A stretch of DNA of 64,000 nucleotides from Spirochaetota bacterium (GCA_029907515.1 JARYLT010000003.1:3448-67447), one strand, 5' to 3'. Numbered from the stretch's first letter, positions 17,434 to 27,174 are shown. Numbers and translations are program-made. The notes: generated from the sequence alone by a model not told the origin.

Positions 17434-18588
17434 ATGCCTAAAGAAGGATTTAAAACAGCAAAACAAAAAAATGACTGTATTGAAGCAATAATTCAGGAAT
17501 TGGTGAACCGCAATGGTTTTCTTATTGTAGGACATACTAATCCTGATGAAGATTGTGTTGCTTCTATGATAGCATTTTCCCTGCTTGCAAAGAAATTTGA
17601 TAAGCAGGTAAAAATTTTTTCGTCAAAAAAAATACAGGAAAACTTCAAGTACCTTGTTGATATTGCCATGTATAACCGCATAGACGTTGTCACAGCAATA
17701 CCCCGCTCATTTGCCGTTGACACAATTGTTATTTGTGATACTGCCAAACCTTCCATGATTGATGCCAACAGAACTATATTGCAGATGCTTAAAAAAAGCA
17801 CTATTAGAAAAATAGAAATAGACCATCATATTGGAGCCGATAGTGACTATGCTGGTGATCCTGGGTACAGGCTGGTAACCGAGGCATCAAGTGCAAGTGA
17901 GCTTGTTGGGCAGATTGCGCTGAAACTGAGGGCAAAGAAAGAAATCTTAAAAAAATATGTTATTCTGGATCCACTGTCCCGAAACCTGGTGCTTGCAATT
18001 TTAACAGGCATTATTGGTGATTCACAGATGGGACGTTATTTGAAATCATCACGAGAAAAGCGGATGTACAGGATATTCAGTACACTGTTTAATGATATAT
18101 TAAGTACATCCACAATAAAAGAATCAAATATCACCAATATGAATCAGATCTTTGAACAGTTGAAACAGGCATCTGAAAAAGAAAAACATTGTTTCCAGTT
18201 TATAAAGAAAAAAAGCAAGGTGTATAAATCAGTTGGATATGCAATGCTGACTGAAGATGACATGCGCTATCTCTATGAAAATTTTGATGATGATGATATT
18301 ATTTCAACTACACGAACGTTGGCTGACATGCTTGCTGAAGATTCCGGGAAGGTGGGGCTGGTATCATACTATGACATTCCTGAAAAATCAAATCTGGTGC
18401 AATTTCGTATGCGCCGCAGCCAGAATTATAAAAACTATGATTTACGTGAATTCCTTACTACAATGGGCATTGAAAACGGTGGAGGGCATGAAGGAGCAAT
18501 TGGCTTCAGGTTGCCAAAACATGCTGTGGATGATTATCCAAAATTTGTAACGTCATTGGTAAAAAAGATAAATGTCCTTTTGCCATGA
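17434..18588 (+). CDS. DHH/DHHA1 phosphoesterase (NrnA-like nanoRNase/pAp phosphatase)
   Basis: DHH motifs (GHTNPDEDCVAS, DHH at IDHHIGAD) and a DHHA1 GGGH motif (ENGGGHEGAIGF). Confidence 0.85.
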   Translation: MPKEGFKTAKQKNDCIEAIIQELVNRNGFLIVGHTNPDEDCVASMIAFSLLAKKFDKQVKIFSSKKIQENFKYLVDIAMYNRIDVVTAIPRSFAVDTIVICDTAKPSMIDANRTILQMLKKSTIRKIEIDHHIGADSDYAGDPGYRLVTEASSASELVGQIALKLRAKKEILKKYVILDPLSRNLVLAILTGIIGDSQMGRYLKSSREKRMYRIFSTLFNDILSTSTIKESNITNMNQIFEQLKQASEKEKHCFQFIKKKSKVYKSVGYAMLTEDDMRYLYENFDDDDIISTTRTLADMLAEDSGKVGLVSYYDIPEKSNLVQFRMRRSQNYKNYDLREFLTTMGIENGGGHEGAIGFRLPKHAVDDYPKFVTSLVKKINVLLP

Positions 18589-18721
18589 AGACAACAGGTT
18601 TACTTTGTGGGTTTCTAAATATTTTTCATTACGGAACAATACAGAATAAAGGTAAATTTCTATAGTTCATCGTGATTGATATGATTTTCCAGCCACATCA
18701 CATATTTTCCGGAGGAATAGT

Positions 18722-20566
18722 ATGAAAAGAATTCTTATGGTATCATGCTATATGATTTTATCAGTTTCAGTGGCAATGTTTTCATTGCAGTGTGCAGGTA
18801 AAGCAGTTAAACAGGCAGAGCCGGTAAGCACTGATGAGGTTCCACGTGACACTGCATTAAAAGAAGATGATAGTGATACAACATATTCAAAAGGGTTAAA
18901 GCTTGAAAAAGAAGAATCATTTGCAACAAAAGAATCAGCAAAAACAAAGGCGCTTGCACCAAAAAAAATGGATGGATCAAAAACAGCTTCAGGATTAAAA
19001 GCTGGTTTTGCTGACGATAATAAACAGTTCAATTATTTTGTAAATTTTATTAAGGATTACAAAGATAAAGTCCAGCATTACCCCATCAATATATCTGAAA
19101 GGATTATTTTCTACTGTAAAGATATAGCAGGCAAATCAATACCCAATGCTAAGGTTAATGTTTTTAGTGGTAAAAAACTTCTTGAAACAGGTAAAACGTA
19201 TGCTGATGGATCGTTCATGTTTTACCCTTCAGAATATGATGCTAAATATACTACCTACGTGCTTACATTTGAAGCGTTAAACACAAAGGCACAAATTACG
19301 GTAGACCGACAGGGGAAGCGTGAACATACGGTAACATTGAATACACAGCGACCACAATATAAAAATGTACCGCTTGATATACTCTTTGTGTTTGACACAA
19401 CAGGCAGTATGAATGAGGAAATTGCACGCCTCAAAAAAACAATTGAGATTATTAACCTTAATATTGCATCTTTAAGTACCAAGCCTGATGTTCGTTTTGG
19501 CATGGTGCTGTATAAGGATAAGGGTGATGAATATGTTACTAAAATTATTCCACTGACAGGTAACCTTGAAAAATTTCAAAAAGAACTTTCATTGGTCACT
19601 GCAGGAGGTGGTGGTGATGGCCCTGAGGATTTGCAATCAGCACTGGCGGATGCAGTTAAGAAAATACAATGGAATACCGGTGGCATTAGACTTGCGTTTA
19701 TTATAACTGATGCCGAAGCTCATTTAGATTATGGACAACAATATACCTATGTGGATGCAGCACATGATGCAAAAAAAGAAGCAATTAAATTTTATTCCCT
19801 GGGCACCGGCGGTCTGCCATTGATGGGTGAATTTATACTGCGGCAGATTTCCCAGTATACACAGGGCAGATACATATTTTTAACGTATGGTGAACGTGGT
19901 GAAAGCGAAGGCGGCAAAGAGGGCAGTGTGAGCCATCATACCGGAGCGAATTTCCAGACTGATAAATTAGAATCAATTATAATACGCTTTGCAAAGGAAG
20001 AATTAGCATATCTTACTGACCAGCCACTTGAAGAAGACGAAGCGTACTTTGATGCTAAAAAAGTAGAAGATGAAACAAATGAGCAAACCCTGCAAAAGCT
20101 TTTTGATATGGCGATAGCTCAATTAATTGACTATTCGGCAATAAATATACAGAAAGGCGAGCCAACTGCAGTATTGCCCATAAAATCAAGTGATGCTGCA
20201 CTATCAACAAATGCTGAATATTTTACTGAACAGCTTTCAATGGCACTGGGCAAAAACAAGGTATTTACGCAGGTGGAGCGTAAAAATATGCAGCAGATAT
20301 TACATGAAATAGGTCTTGGCCAGACCGGCATTGTGGATGAAGCCAGTGCTGCAAAAGCAGGGAAGATGTTAGGAGCAAAGATGTTGATTACCGGCACATT
20401 GTATCCAAAAAATGCAAATTATGAAATCTTCCTGAAACTTATCAGGGTTGAAAGTGCCGAAGTACTGTCAGCAACAAAAGCAATTGTTGATAAAAATCTT
20501 GGTGTTGCTGAAGGAGTAAAAAAGCCACAACCAAAACAGCCGGTGAAGAAGAAACAAGCAAAGTGA
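18722..20566 (+). CDS. von Willebrand factor A domain lipoprotein with C-terminal CsgG/LpoB-like domain
   Basis: GGAGG SD. Lipobox (MFSLQCAG). vWA MIDAS motif (DILFVFDTTGSM...ITDAEAH). C-terminal stretch (QQILHEIGLGQTGIVDEASAAKAGKMLGAKMLITGTLY...FLKLIRVESAEVL) resembles the CsgG/LpoB periplasmic fold. Confidence 0.8.
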   Translation: MKRILMVSCYMILSVSVAMFSLQCAGKAVKQAEPVSTDEVPRDTALKEDDSDTTYSKGLKLEKEESFATKESAKTKALAPKKMDGSKTASGLKAGFADDNKQFNYFVNFIKDYKDKVQHYPINISERIIFYCKDIAGKSIPNAKVNVFSGKKLLETGKTYADGSFMFYPSEYDAKYTTYVLTFEALNTKAQITVDRQGKREHTVTLNTQRPQYKNVPLDILFVFDTTGSMNEEIARLKKTIEIINLNIASLSTKPDVRFGMVLYKDKGDEYVTKIIPLTGNLEKFQKELSLVTAGGGGDGPEDLQSALADAVKKIQWNTGGIRLAFIITDAEAHLDYGQQYTYVDAAHDAKKEAIKFYSLGTGGLPLMGEFILRQISQYTQGRYIFLTYGERGESEGGKEGSVSHHTGANFQTDKLESIIIRFAKEELAYLTDQPLEEDEAYFDAKKVEDETNEQTLQKLFDMAIAQLIDYSAINIQKGEPTAVLPIKSSDAALSTNAEYFTEQLSMALGKNKVFTQVERKNMQQILHEIGLGQTGIVDEASAAKAGKMLGAKMLITGTLYPKNANYEIFLKLIRVESAEVLSATKAIVDKNLGVAEGVKKPQPKQPVKKKQAK

Positions 20567-20769
20567 GGTGATTATATAAGTACCTTACAGTGATTTTTTA
20601 TTGATGCGTTATTAGTACGTTCGTACAGTGATTGAACATACAAATGGATGAAAATAAATTTTGTATGCCATTACAATTGAATTATTAAAAAGCAGTGGCA
20701 ACGAAGTATGCCCATAGTTATATCGTTGTGCAATAATGGGAAAGTGGATTTATTTTCGGAGGTTTGTAG

Positions 20770-21570
20770 ATGAAAAGATATAGTTTCTTTTTACATGTAA
20801 TACTCATTTTTATAATAACAGGTACCATCCATGCTGCAGTCCAGAACAGGACGTACGAATTCAAAGATTGTATAAGCTGGAATTTCCAGGATAAACCCAC
20901 ACCGCAAACGTACTGGACACCGTATTTGCCAATGCCAACCCAGCAAATTTTCAGGATGAAAATGGGTTTCAGGTTTTCCACAGGAACTATCGCCATAAAA
21001 AATGGTGTTAAGGTAAACTTTAGCTGGGATGATAGTGAAGCAGTTGCATTTAAGACATTAAAGCTAAAAATTAAACCTTCCCTTAATAATGAAAACTATA
21101 ATGTGTTTGAAAGCTCTTTTGGATTGTACCTTCCCAATACCATTGAGGTAGGGTTTGTTAGCATAAGTGGAGTTCCTGATATCTTGCCGTGGTTTGAATT
21201 GCCGTATGATTTTTGGGACATTGTTTCGTATATTCCAAAGGTTGGTGGTTATATTGCCAGTGCACAGGACCAGATTGGTGTAAATATGAGCTCAAAAAGT
21301 AAATTGCCACTGGGAGGTGCAGCTGAATATCACGATACAAGAGACCTTATCAGCTTAAGTTTGGCAGATTTTTTAACAGATACCAAAAAAGATCAGCTTG
21401 TGTCAAAAATATATAATAAAATACCTGCCAGTTCCAGGACAACTCTTATAACTGCTATTAAGGCTGCAAAAAAAACTCAACGATGCAGGAGCAGAACAAT
21501 TTGCAAAAAAATTGATTGGCGATGGCTTAGAAAAATTGGGCAATATGGCCTCTGTGACAGTGAAAGGTGA
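20770..21570 (+). CDS. N-terminal fragment (signal peptide plus first domain) of a large secreted repeat protein; the frame is lost at the A8 tract
   Basis: Signal peptide LHVILIFIITGTIHA. Natural-looking sequence runs up to ...LITAIKAAKK at 21467. After the A8 run (21468-21475) this frame reads QRCRSRTICKKIDWRWLRK, which is implausible, while the +1 frame continues LNDAGAEQFAKKLIGDG.... Confidence 0.5.
   Translation: MKRYSFFLHVILIFIITGTIHAAVQNRTYEFKDCISWNFQDKPTPQTYWTPYLPMPTQQIFRMKMGFRFSTGTIAIKNGVKVNFSWDDSEAVAFKTLKLKIKPSLNNENYNVFESSFGLYLPNTIEVGFVSISGVPDILPWFELPYDFWDIVSYIPKVGGYIASAQDQIGVNMSSKSKLPLGGAAEYHDTRDLISLSLADFLTDTKKDQLVSKIYNKIPASSRTTLITAIKAAKKTQRCRSRTICKKIDWRWLRKIGQYGLCDSER
21468..21475 (+). 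other. A8 homopolymer at the frame junction of the split large-protein gene
   Basis: A9 would fuse the two frames as ...AIKAAKKKLNDAGAEQF.... Candidate slipped-strand phase-variation tract or homopolymer sequencing error. Confidence 0.5.
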
Positions 21571-24500
21571 TCCCAGCTATAAAATTAAGGGGCATTCAAT
21601 GGTTGTTTTGGTAAGGTACTGGATACCTGGCAAGATGAGCGGAACCTATCCCATTACATTCACCAGACCTGATGAAGAGTTTACATTAAATATCAAGCTT
21701 CCTCCATTTATTCAGGATGGTGAGGCATTGCATATGACCGTTGATAGTATTACGTATAATTTTACTCTTGAGCAAAATCTTAAGTTTAAATTAGCGTTTG
21801 GCACTATCCCGCTTGTTCCTTCACCTGAATGTGATGTGGTTGATTCTCATAAGGTGGTAACGTATGCACAGGTGAACAAACAATTGGGTACCAGTGATTG
21901 TCTGTTACAAATACCTGTTGCAAAAAGTACTGAAAAGATACTTGATTACAAGGTAAAGGCAGGTGTTTCTTCAGCTACCGTGTGGTGGGCATCACCAAAT
22001 GTACTGCTTAAAGGAACCGTAAAAGTATATAACAATAATCAATTAATTGCACAAAAGACAGAACCATCATTTACAACGTCGCATCAGATACCGTTTACAG
22101 GGCTTACCGGGAATACAAAATACAGATTTGTTATGACCAGCATTGATAGCCAGGGAAATATTACGCCCGAGATGGTTGCTGAAGCAACGACATTAAAGGA
22201 AGCCAGGCATAGTTTTGAAAACATTACAAAACTCACCTATAATTGGGGTACATTCACGCTCACTCCTCCTGTTGTAACTACCGATACTACCTCGGCTACA
22301 TTAACCTGGTCAACTAATGTTCCTGCCAGTACTGAAGTGTTTTTGGGTTTATCATCTGATTTTGCATATAACTATGTAAATAATGTAAAAAAGGGAGTTC
22401 GTAATCCTGATGGTAGCTATTCAAATATCACAATTGCCAAAGGCTATATTGATTCTACAGATAAATCGGTTAGCAGAGTTTTTGAAACAAATCATTCCAT
22501 TACACTAACAGAGTTAGAACCAGGAACAACATACTATTATAGGGCAACGTCATACTTGTACTATAATGAAAATAATAAACAAATAATATCAAGCGATACT
22601 GCAGGTTCTTTTCTCGGTTCGTTACAGTATGTGGGAACATTTACTACAAAACAGGCTCCCCTTTTACATATACGGTGTGTTAAAGCAGCCAATAACCAGT
22701 CAGCTAAAAATGTTCCCGTGTTAATTGGGAAACAGGGTGAGGCAGGGCAGGTCTATTATACTGATAGCAATGGGTATATTCCACAGATTGTGGCGGAACG
22801 TGGGAAGGTATATACAATTGCAGTAAAGGATAATCCATATTATAAAGATAATTCAACAACATTTTCGGTTACTGCTGATCAGAGTGGTTTACTACCTTTA
22901 CTAACATTAGGATTGCAGTATAAAACTACTCCTGGGGGATATGTGTACGATAGTCGCGGGAATCCTGTAGCAGGTGCAACAATAACTGCAGCAAAAGGTA
23001 CACAAACAAAAACGGCAACAACTGATGCTACTGGATTTTTTACATTTGATGGTGATTGGCTTGGACAGGGAAGCTATACGCTTACGGTGCAGAAAGACGG
23101 ATATAAAACAGGGACGTTGCAAGCAGTGGTTGATGCTGGTGGTATCTTTACTGCAAAACCTGCAGCATTAAAATCAACTTCAATTGTCTTTAATATCACA
23201 GCTAGAAGCTATAATAATCAACCATTGAAAAATGCTTCTGTTAAAATTAAAGAAGGTAATATAACAAAATATACAGGTCAAACGAATGCATCAGGTAATG
23301 CCACTGCAGTGCTTGGCGGATACACTGATACAAATGCTCATGCCTTCACAATTGAGGTTATCCCAGCAGATAAAAATTCCCATTTAAATCCACTCTATTT
23401 GCCATCGGTTATAACCATGACATCCTTTGCAGATGATGTAAATACATTACGTGTGGTATGCCAGGCAAATACAAATCCACCTGTTGTAAGCAATGCTCAG
23501 GTTATGCGAGTGATAAATTCACTTGAAGTATATTGTGAATTTGATATAGTAGGTACACAGTATTACATTAAACATACTAAACCTGATGGGACTTCAACAA
23601 CAACACCTTTTGCAACTGCTTTGCTTAACAGTAATAATAAACCACATGCCAGGAAAACGTTTGATATGACAGGACAGGCATATGGTGTGCATACATTTAC
23701 CATTTATGCCAAGGATATGTACAATACAACGACGTATGAAGTCTATACTCTTCAAAAAGACTGGCAAAAATTAAATATTGCCAGTGGTCCAGTTATCTGG
23801 CCAAAGGTTGAACCAGGAATAGGATTTATAACCATATCGTGGCCGGCGTGGTATAAAGAAGCAGAATTTGGCAAATATGTTATACAGATGGAAAAGCCAG
23901 TAAAGACCATTGAGGTTACTGAGTATACTACCACAAGCTACAAATTAACTGGATTAACTCCTGGCGATACGTATAGCGGAACATTTAAGGTGTATGATAA
24001 AGCTGGAAATATAATTTACAGCATGCAAAATCCATCTCGATTTTTTGGACACGTGGGTTCAATTGCTCCAACAATTAGCAATGTATCAATTACTCCAAAT
24101 CCTGCTGGAACAAATCAGGAGATACGGTTCCTGGCAACAGTAAGTGATCCTGATACTAATCTAACTCATGTTAATTTAGTGTTACAGGAGTATGTAGAAA
24201 CTACTGATTCAAAAGGCAATCTCATCACAAAGATGGGAAAAACCACTACCTTAATAGATACCGATGTGTACAATACTAAGACGTACCAGGTGAGTCATAG
24301 GTTTATTTGCAGTGAACCTGGTAAACATAAACTTATATTGAAAGCTAATGGAGCATCTCCTAATGAATTTACTCAGGCAGAATATAGTGTTATTGTACAG
24401 CAAGGGCTTGATCCATCAACGCCAAAGATTTCAATTGAAGGACCAAATGCCTCGTTAAAACAGATACTTACTGATGGCTATCTGTTAAAGATTAATATAG

Positions 24501-24778
24501 TATCAGTTGATGCTGAATCAGAAAATATTAAGGCTGTTATAGATTGGGGTGATGGCACCGTTAAAAGCGAGATGATTGAACGAGAAAGTTTAAGTGTTTC
24601 AACCACTGGCAAAGAAGGTCATCCTGATTTCCGCAGGATATTATCAGGCTCAGTATCTACTAAATACTATTATCAAAAACCAGGTGTATATATAATAACT
24701 GGGTATATTCAATCAGAGTTACAAGGCAAAAAGCTACAATCACAACCTGTACGATTAGAAATAAGAGTAACCGAATAA
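21512..24778 (+). CDS. large secreted protein with Ig/FN3-like and carboxypeptidase-regulatory-like beta-sandwich repeats (C-terminal ~1100 aa of the split gene)
   Basis: 1088 aa, Thr/Ser/Asn-rich, with several ~90-aa beta-sandwich repeats (e.g. GATITAAKGTQTKTATTDATGFFTF...YTLTVQKDGYKTG). The open frame extends upstream to 21452, directly after the A8 tract. Confidence 0.75.
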   Translation: MIGDGLEKLGNMASVTVKGDPSYKIKGHSMVVLVRYWIPGKMSGTYPITFTRPDEEFTLNIKLPPFIQDGEALHMTVDSITYNFTLEQNLKFKLAFGTIPLVPSPECDVVDSHKVVTYAQVNKQLGTSDCLLQIPVAKSTEKILDYKVKAGVSSATVWWASPNVLLKGTVKVYNNNQLIAQKTEPSFTTSHQIPFTGLTGNTKYRFVMTSIDSQGNITPEMVAEATTLKEARHSFENITKLTYNWGTFTLTPPVVTTDTTSATLTWSTNVPASTEVFLGLSSDFAYNYVNNVKKGVRNPDGSYSNITIAKGYIDSTDKSVSRVFETNHSITLTELEPGTTYYYRATSYLYYNENNKQIISSDTAGSFLGSLQYVGTFTTKQAPLLHIRCVKAANNQSAKNVPVLIGKQGEAGQVYYTDSNGYIPQIVAERGKVYTIAVKDNPYYKDNSTTFSVTADQSGLLPLLTLGLQYKTTPGGYVYDSRGNPVAGATITAAKGTQTKTATTDATGFFTFDGDWLGQGSYTLTVQKDGYKTGTLQAVVDAGGIFTAKPAALKSTSIVFNITARSYNNQPLKNASVKIKEGNITKYTGQTNASGNATAVLGGYTDTNAHAFTIEVIPADKNSHLNPLYLPSVITMTSFADDVNTLRVVCQANTNPPVVSNAQVMRVINSLEVYCEFDIVGTQYYIKHTKPDGTSTTTPFATALLNSNNKPHARKTFDMTGQAYGVHTFTIYAKDMYNTTTYEVYTLQKDWQKLNIASGPVIWPKVEPGIGFITISWPAWYKEAEFGKYVIQMEKPVKTIEVTEYTTTSYKLTGLTPGDTYSGTFKVYDKAGNIIYSMQNPSRFFGHVGSIAPTISNVSITPNPAGTNQEIRFLATVSDPDTNLTHVNLVLQEYVETTDSKGNLITKMGKTTTLIDTDVYNTKTYQVSHRFICSEPGKHKLILKANGASPNEFTQAEYSVIVQQGLDPSTPKISIEGPNASLKQILTDGYLLKINIVSVDAESENIKAVIDWGDGTVKSEMIERESLSVSTTGKEGHPDFRRILSGSVSTKYYYQKPGVYIITGYIQSELQGKKLQSQPVRLEIRVTE

Positions 24779-24804
24779 TAAGTTGTATAAAAATACCGTA
24801 TTAA

Positions 24805-24838
24805 GCCCATCTCATACAACAAGAGGTGGGCTTTTAAT
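24805..24838 (+). terminator. intrinsic terminator after the large secreted protein gene
   Basis: GCCCATCTC-atacaacaa-GAGGTGGGC forms a 9-bp stem with one G-U pair, followed by TTTTAATTTT. Confidence 0.6.
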
Positions 24839-24950
24839 TTTATGTAAATAACCTCCATGAAGGAATAGCCCACATTGAAGGATGAGAAAGCTGGTATAAA
24901 CGTTCACCACGGTAGATGATGAGGCCACCAGGGAATTTTTTATTTTCTCC

Positions 24951-24989
24951 TTGACAGTAGTACTACATATCCGTATAGTTATTTTTATG
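24951..24989 (+). promoter_or_regulatory. dinB promoter TTGACA-17 nt-TATAGT ending 7 nt before the ATG (apparently leaderless); the spacer contains the palindrome GTAGTACTAC
   Basis: -35 at 24951-24956, -10 at 24974-24979, ATG at 24987. No SD is possible. The perfect 10-bp palindrome at 24957-24966 is a candidate SOS-type operator. Confidence 0.45.
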
Positions 24990-26165
24990 AAAGATCGAAT
25001 AATTCTTCATGTGGACATGGATGCCTTCTTTACTTCGGTTGAGCAGGTGGATAATCCTTCGTTAAAGGGGAAGCCTGTTGTGGTTGGAGCTGATCCTAAA
25101 GGTGGAAGGGGCCGCGGTGTAGTTTCGGCTGCAAGCTATGAGGCACGTAGGTTCGGCATTCATTCAGGAATGCCTATTTCACAGGCGTATAAACTATGCC
25201 CAGGGGCGGTCTTTTTGCCCCCACGGTTTGACCGATACGTTGAACTATCGCACATAATTATGAAAATTTTTGAGCGCTATTCCCCCTGTATTGAACAGAT
25301 AAGCATTGACGAAGCATTTTTAGATTGTACAGGGACACTGAAACTGTTTGGGAATGTGGAAAACATTGCACGTAATATTAAAACTGATGTTTTTACACAA
25401 ACAGGGCTTACCTGCAGCATTGGGATTGCGTCAAATAAGTTGGTTGCCAAGATTGCGTCAGATTTGCAAAAGCCTGATGGGCTCACAATATGTCCCTGTG
25501 GAATGGAAAAAGATTTTCTGGCACCACTGAGCATTGCAAAATTATATGGTGTTGGCATAAAAACACAGAAATATTTAGAGTCATTAGGATACAACACCAT
25601 TGGGGATATTCAGCGTGTTGATGAAAACTTTTTGCAAAGCCTGCTTGGGAAATGGGGTATAGTGTTACATCAGTTTGCACTGGGTATTGATAGTCGTCCT
25701 GTTGAGCCATACTCTCAGGCAAAGTCAGTGAGTGAAGAAACAACCTTTGATGTTGATACTGATGATGAAGATAGTATTATTTTTACACTGGTTGAACTGT
25801 GTGATCGTGTTATACGAAGGGTCAGAGCCGCTGAATTTTCTTTTAAGACAGTGACGTTAAAAATACGATTGGAAGGTTTTGAAACATATACACGCAGTAA
25901 AACACTACAGCAACATGCCCGTGATATGGCAACACTGCAAAAGGAAATTATGCGGTTATACATTTCATTTGGTCGAGGGAAAAGGAAAGTGCGGCTTTTA
26001 GGGGTTAAGGTTTCAAATTTGCTGTGTAATGCTGATGTGCAGATGAACCTTTTTGAAAACCAACAAAAGGTTGAAAAAATTGAGGAAGTTATTGATAGTA
26101 TTCATAATAAGGGACTTAATGTGTTACGAGCTTCGGTGATAAAACCGCCAAAAAAGAAGGGATAG
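24987..26165 (+). CDS. dinB: DNA polymerase IV (Y-family translesion polymerase)
   Basis: ILHVDMDAFFTSVE, SIDEAFLD and the overall DinB-like sequence. Start at ATG 24987; the ORF-track TTG at 24951 is the -35 hexamer. Confidence 0.9.
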   Translation: MKDRIILHVDMDAFFTSVEQVDNPSLKGKPVVVGADPKGGRGRGVVSAASYEARRFGIHSGMPISQAYKLCPGAVFLPPRFDRYVELSHIIMKIFERYSPCIEQISIDEAFLDCTGTLKLFGNVENIARNIKTDVFTQTGLTCSIGIASNKLVAKIASDLQKPDGLTICPCGMEKDFLAPLSIAKLYGVGIKTQKYLESLGYNTIGDIQRVDENFLQSLLGKWGIVLHQFALGIDSRPVEPYSQAKSVSEETTFDVDTDDEDSIIFTLVELCDRVIRRVRAAEFSFKTVTLKIRLEGFETYTRSKTLQQHARDMATLQKEIMRLYISFGRGKRKVRLLGVKVSNLLCNADVQMNLFENQQKVEKIEEVIDSIHNKGLNVLRASVIKPPKKKG

Positions 26166-26168
26166 AGT

Positions 26169-26393
26169 ATGCCAAAGCTTTTACGTGATTTTGTCAACAG
26201 TATGATTGAAGAGTGGGGTGAGGATAATCCATTTTATGGATTGAAGAATAACGGACAGCTTGTGGAACAATGGACAAACCTGGATGGGTTGGAGATATTC
26301 TATAGTTATGTGCGCAATAGCAAATGGGTTACCGTGACGGTGTTACCTACTGAAACAGGCATACATCCTGTAAGCAATAGTGTTTATAAATGA
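26169..26393 (+). CDS. hypothetical small protein, translationally coupled to dinB
   Basis: 74-aa ORF starting 4 nt after the dinB stop. The same frame stays open after its TGA for another 62 codons (see findings). Confidence 0.4.
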   Translation: MPKLLRDFVNSMIEEWGEDNPFYGLKNNGQLVEQWTNLDGLEIFYSYVRNSKWVTVTVLPTETGIHPVSNSVYK

Positions 26394-26589
26394 AAAGGAT
26401 ATATAAATGAATACATTGCTGAAACTGCTGTGTGGTGGGCATTTGAACTGCTGACTGAAATGGAAGCAAAAAAATTCATGATTCAACATAAACCTGAGGT
26501 AAAGTTTACTTTTATACGGTTGGGACATCCCTATGAATTGGTTGTAAAATTTGACGGTTATTATTGGGTTGTTGAAGATTGATACAATT

Positions 26590-27174
26590 CTATGATTCTT
26601 TTCTATATCGTGCTGCACGTGAAAGTGTGGGAAGAAATATTGGAGCACTTAAAAGAAAAAACAGAAATTCAAAGATTACATTACTTTTATGTGCAGGTTT
26701 GCCTTTTAAACGGCTGAGAAATGCATCAAAGGTGTTGCCGCTGAGATTACCAAAATAAATTAACCGGATAGCTATGATAATATGCCTGGCTGTTTTTTTG
26801 CCATAGTATTCGTAAAAATTTTTAGTCAATAATTCATCGGGGTTGCTATTGGTTTCAGCAAAGTGCTGTGCATACAGCAGCGCGAGTGTTTCATAATCAT
26901 CCGGTTGTGCAGAAAATTGCAGTGCAAGGAGAGAAATAATCTCTTCTTTTGATAATCCTGTTTGTAGAGCCTTTTTTGCATGAAACCATGCACAGTAAGG
27001 GCAGCTGTTTACTGCTGTCACAACCAGCATGATCTTTTCAATAAATGACCTGGTAATGTTACTATCTATCAGTAATCCAATGATTGAAGGAATATGGAAT
27101 ATAAGATATGCACTATCTTTACAAAGCAGTGAACAATTATAGATTCGTCTATCAAAGTTATGTTTCATTGTCAA
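26590..27174 (-). CDS. carboxymuconolactone decarboxylase family (AhpD-like) protein
   Basis: AhpD-core motif VNSCPYCAWFH. Exact start uncertain. Confidence 0.7.
   Translation of the reverse strand: MTMKHNFDRRIYNCSLLCKDSAYLIFHIPSIIGLLIDSNITRSFIEKIMLVVTAVNSCPYCAWFHAKKALQTGLSKEEIISLLALQFSAQPDDYETLALLYAQHFAETNSNPDELLTKNFYEYYGKKTARHIIIAIRLIYFGNLSGNTFDAFLSRLKGKPAHKSNVIFEFLFFLLSAPIFLPTLSRAARYRKES

Noticed and set aside
26391-26393. In-frame TGA between the two post-dinB ORFs as a selenocysteine codon
   Set aside because: There is no nearby Cys/redox motif (K-U-K context) and no obvious hairpin. A frameshift or separate ORFs are more likely. Kept as a low-interest finding only.
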